Assembly (NCBI GenBank): GCA_027336365.1
Contig: DAHWFY010000002.1
Location: forward strand, 1 to 51,153
From: Bacillota bacterium
GTDB lineage: Bacteria; Bacillota; Bacilli; Alicyclobacillales; Alicyclobacillaceae
DNA length: 51,153 nt
Direction of reading: 5' to 3'
Part shown: in pieces, positions 48,799-51,153 of the stretch
How positions within the stretch are numbered: the first letter of the stretch is position 1
Layout of the letters: each line of letters starts with the position of its first letter
Translations under genes and position numbers: made by a program
Notes under the pieces: model-generated
What the model was told of the DNA's origin: nothing
Database searches by the model: none
The model's input: the letters and a program-made list of their open reading frames with translations, nothing else

Positions 48799-49461
48799 TC
48801 ACTTGTGCAAGGGTTTCTCTGCCGTAATTTGGCCTGCCAGTAATAAATGTCTCACCAACTCTATTTCCGTCAAGGATACGGGATAGCGAACGGCAATCTC
48901 TTCATCTGTCATGCCCTCTTGCAGGGCGGTCAAAATCAACCACTGATTGTCTCGAGAATCCGCCGACGCGTCCGATTGTACATGAAGAAGGGGGGAAGGC
49001 TGAAAAGCGGGGTTCGCTGTTTCGGCGATAGACGACTCCGCCGCTTTTGTTTGCAGTTCCCTGACCTCTGTTTGCAATTTCCTGACCTCTGTTTGCAATT
49101 CCGCCACCTGCATGTTCAGCGAAGCCATTTCTGCCCGCAGTTCGTGATGTAAAGTTTCTAGGGCGGTGCTGAAATCCGCCCTTATCCCAGCACTGTCCTG
49201 TTGAAACTCTGCATATATATCTTGCAATACAGCCACTGCACTGTCCAGGTCCGACGTCTCAGATAGCGAGAAGTCCGTAACACCACTTGACGAGGATACA
49301 GGAGTGGATAATTGACTCTTGGTCAAAGCGGACATACCACGACTCAGCCAGCGGGAAAAAGAAGTTTGTTCTAGAGAAACGCCCCCCTTGCGATGACGTG
49401 TAAGCCAGAATAAAACCAAGGCTATCAGGAGTAAAACTCCATAGACAGCAGCGATTTGCAT
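48799..49461 (-). CDS. Membrane-anchored coiled-coil protein at the swrB/ylxL position
   Basis: N-terminal TM helix, heptad repeats and a C-terminal HTH-like segment (GMTDEEIAVRYPVSLTEIELV); last gene of the che cluster before rpsB. Confidence 0.75.
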   Translation of the reverse strand: MQIAAVYGVLLLIALVLFWLTRHRKGGVSLEQTSFSRWLSRGMSALTKSQLSTPVSSSSGVTDFSLSETSDLDSAVAVLQDIYAEFQQDSAGIRADFSTALETLHHELRAEMASLNMQVAELQTEVRKLQTEVRELQTKAAESSIAETANPAFQPSPLLHVQSDASADSRDNQWLILTALQEGMTDEEIAVRYPVSLTEIELVRHLLLAGQITAEKPLHK

Positions 49462-49521
49462 TCCATCTCCCCCTCACGTGAGATAAGAACTCAGGTACAT
49501 CCGCTCTGTATTGTCTGAACA

Positions 49522-50040
49522 TTAGATGGAGTATGGTGCCAGCAGGGCAGTGCGAACCCAAAGAGTCTGCGTTAAGACATCAAATTCAATCGTCCTGCCG
49601 GTTTTGCCTCCCACGTCTTGAGCCATGACCTGAATGCGCAAGTCCGCCAGTTCTTTTAAAACGGCCTCCACATTACGAGGACCAATACGCATGAGATCCG
49701 AGCCACCGGCATACACAAACATCTGCGCACCGCCAGCAATTTTGGCCACTAGCCCATGGGTGTCCGCTCCGGCCATGGATACCTGTTCAACAAGCCAAGG
49801 AACGGCCAAATCCGCATACTTGGCGGCCTGTGGATGCAATTCCCGGCAATGACGGGAGTTGGGTAGCATCACGTGCACCATCCCGGCCACGCAGGTTCCC
49901 GAGTCATACAAGACCACTCCTACGCAAGAACCCAAACCCGTTGTCCGCAAGCGATCCGGCCCCCGCGCCGTTCCACCCTCTGCAATGCCGATTTTTATCA
50001 CTCGAGCCGTTTCCAATTGTGAATCTCTTTCTCCGTTCAT
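49522..50040 (-). CDS. cheD: Chemoreceptor glutamine deamidase CheD
   Basis: TTGLGSCVGV, GMVHVMLP, AKIAGGAQMF, IGPRN and DVGGKTGR motifs. Confidence 0.95.
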   Translation of the reverse strand: MNGERDSQLETARVIKIGIAEGGTARGPDRLRTTGLGSCVGVVLYDSGTCVAGMVHVMLPNSRHCRELHPQAAKYADLAVPWLVEQVSMAGADTHGLVAKIAGGAQMFVYAGGSDLMRIGPRNVEAVLKELADLRIQVMAQDVGGKTGRTIEFDVLTQTLWVRTALLAPYSI

Positions 50041-50041
50041 C

Positions 50042-50653
50042 TCAAGCCCCCAGCGCTTTCAATAACAACTCTGTAGAATCAGGGTCTGGCAACAAGAACA
50101 GGTGACCCCCAAGTGTTGTCCCCCTCTGTGCAATGGAGGTATCAATGAGAATTACAAAGTTGGAAACCTCACCGATGGGTGACAGCGCCGTGTCCAGTAT
50201 CGCTCCAGCCATGTCCACGGAAACTCCCGGTACATCGGGGCGAATTCTGAGGCCTGTCCAGAGAGCCATCGCATTCAAATACGCTCCAGCCAAAATGTTC
50301 CCCACCTCCGCCAAGGTGGAGTGCTCCAGTTCATCCATGGTTAATAGGGCGACACTTCTGTCCAGCAGTTGGCTGAGCCATTGTTGGGCACTAGAAAGAG
50401 GCAAAAGTAACAACACGCTACCCTGAACCCCTCCCGAAAAACGGGTAAAAACTCCCGCCACCACCTGCTCTTCCCCGCCCACCGCCATCGCCACCTCGGT
50501 CAAAGGAACCACTCGAGCCGAGGTTACGGACACTCTCACTTCCGTCTGCAACAGCACCGACAGGGCTGTGGCCGCGTGACTGGCCCCAATATTCCCTATT
50601 TCCTTTAGCACATCTGCCGACTGATAATTCCACGGTCGCTCCTCTGTATTCAT
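50042..50653 (-). CDS. cheC: CheY-P phosphatase CheC
   Basis: DVLKEIGNIGASHAATALS, LAEVGNILAGAY and DMAGAIL motifs. Confidence 0.95.
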   Translation of the reverse strand: MNTEERPWNYQSADVLKEIGNIGASHAATALSVLLQTEVRVSVTSARVVPLTEVAMAVGGEEQVVAGVFTRFSGGVQGSVLLLLPLSSAQQWLSQLLDRSVALLTMDELEHSTLAEVGNILAGAYLNAMALWTGLRIRPDVPGVSVDMAGAILDTALSPIGEVSNFVILIDTSIAQRGTTLGGHLFLLPDPDSTELLLKALGA

Positions 50654-51131
50654 GGCGAAGGTTCCTTTTCTGCCACCATGTGTGCTGCTTCCAGTTGACT
50701 TTTTCAGCCTCGCTCAAAATATAGTCCAAATTCAGAAGCACCAAGGGCTCGTTCTGCCAGGTTGCAATTCCTCGCAAATAAACGGCCTGCAGCCCTCCCA
50801 CCATGGCGGGAGCAGGCAAAATATCTGTTTGCAGCAGAGAGACCACGTCTTCAGCCGCATCCACCAGGAACCCCACGTGGGTTTGTGCCATCTCCACCAC
50901 AACAACTCGCTGGAAGTGAAGGTCTCTATCGGCTGTTTTCAGTTCAAAGCGTTCTGCCAGATCCACGACTGGTACCACAGTGTTTCGCACCGTCACCACA
51001 CCCTTGATGAAATTCAGGGTGTGGGGCACCGCAACAAGGGTTGCAGGGCGCTCGATGGAGTCTATCTGCAAGGCGGAAACTCCATAGAGTTGCCCTGCCA
51101 GGCGAAATACTAAAAACTGTTCTTCCGTCAA
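50650..51131 (-). CDS. cheW: Chemotaxis protein CheW with an apparent one-base frameshift near the 3' end
   Basis: FLVFRL, FIKGVVTVRNTVVPVVDL and VGFLVDAAEDV motifs. As sequenced it runs to 50418, 236 nt into cheC; adding one A to the A5 run at 50700-50704 gives a stop at 50650-50652 overlapping the cheC ATG. Confidence 0.85.
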
Positions 51132-51153
51132 TCGATTCGACCTCCATGGTCTG

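Overview
Core chromosomal segment of an endospore-forming Bacillales bacterium; an Alicyclobacillaceae/Paenibacillaceae-like affiliation is inferred from gene order. Almost all genes are on the minus strand: cheW-cheC-cheD-hyp-rpsB-tsf-pyrH-frr-uppS-cdsA-dxr-rseP-polC, then typA (plus strand), then rimP-nusA-ylxR-ylxQ-infB-rbfA-nrnA-truB-ribF-rpsO-pnp-ylxY-M16 peptidase-dut-spoVFA-spoVFB-asd-dapG-dapA-rnj-tepA-ylzJ-spoIIIE-three accessory genes-ymfK-rodZ-yajQ-pgsA-cinA-DEAD helicase. The unusual content is intergenic. (1) A ~68-bp two-palindrome repeat (family A) occurs as six full or degenerate copies at five sites (one a head-to-tail dimer), plus an inverted half copy and a possible distant relative. 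(2) A ~155-bp MITE with terminal inverted repeats (family B) has four to five copies or remnants, one apparently forming the typA/polC terminator. (3) Two IS200/IS605-type end sequences are present. pnp carries an in-frame TGA at a conserved Gly codon and cheW has a one-base frameshift; both could be real lesions or sequencing errors. proS and sigD are missing from their usual positions. No rRNA, tRNA or CRISPR array was seen.
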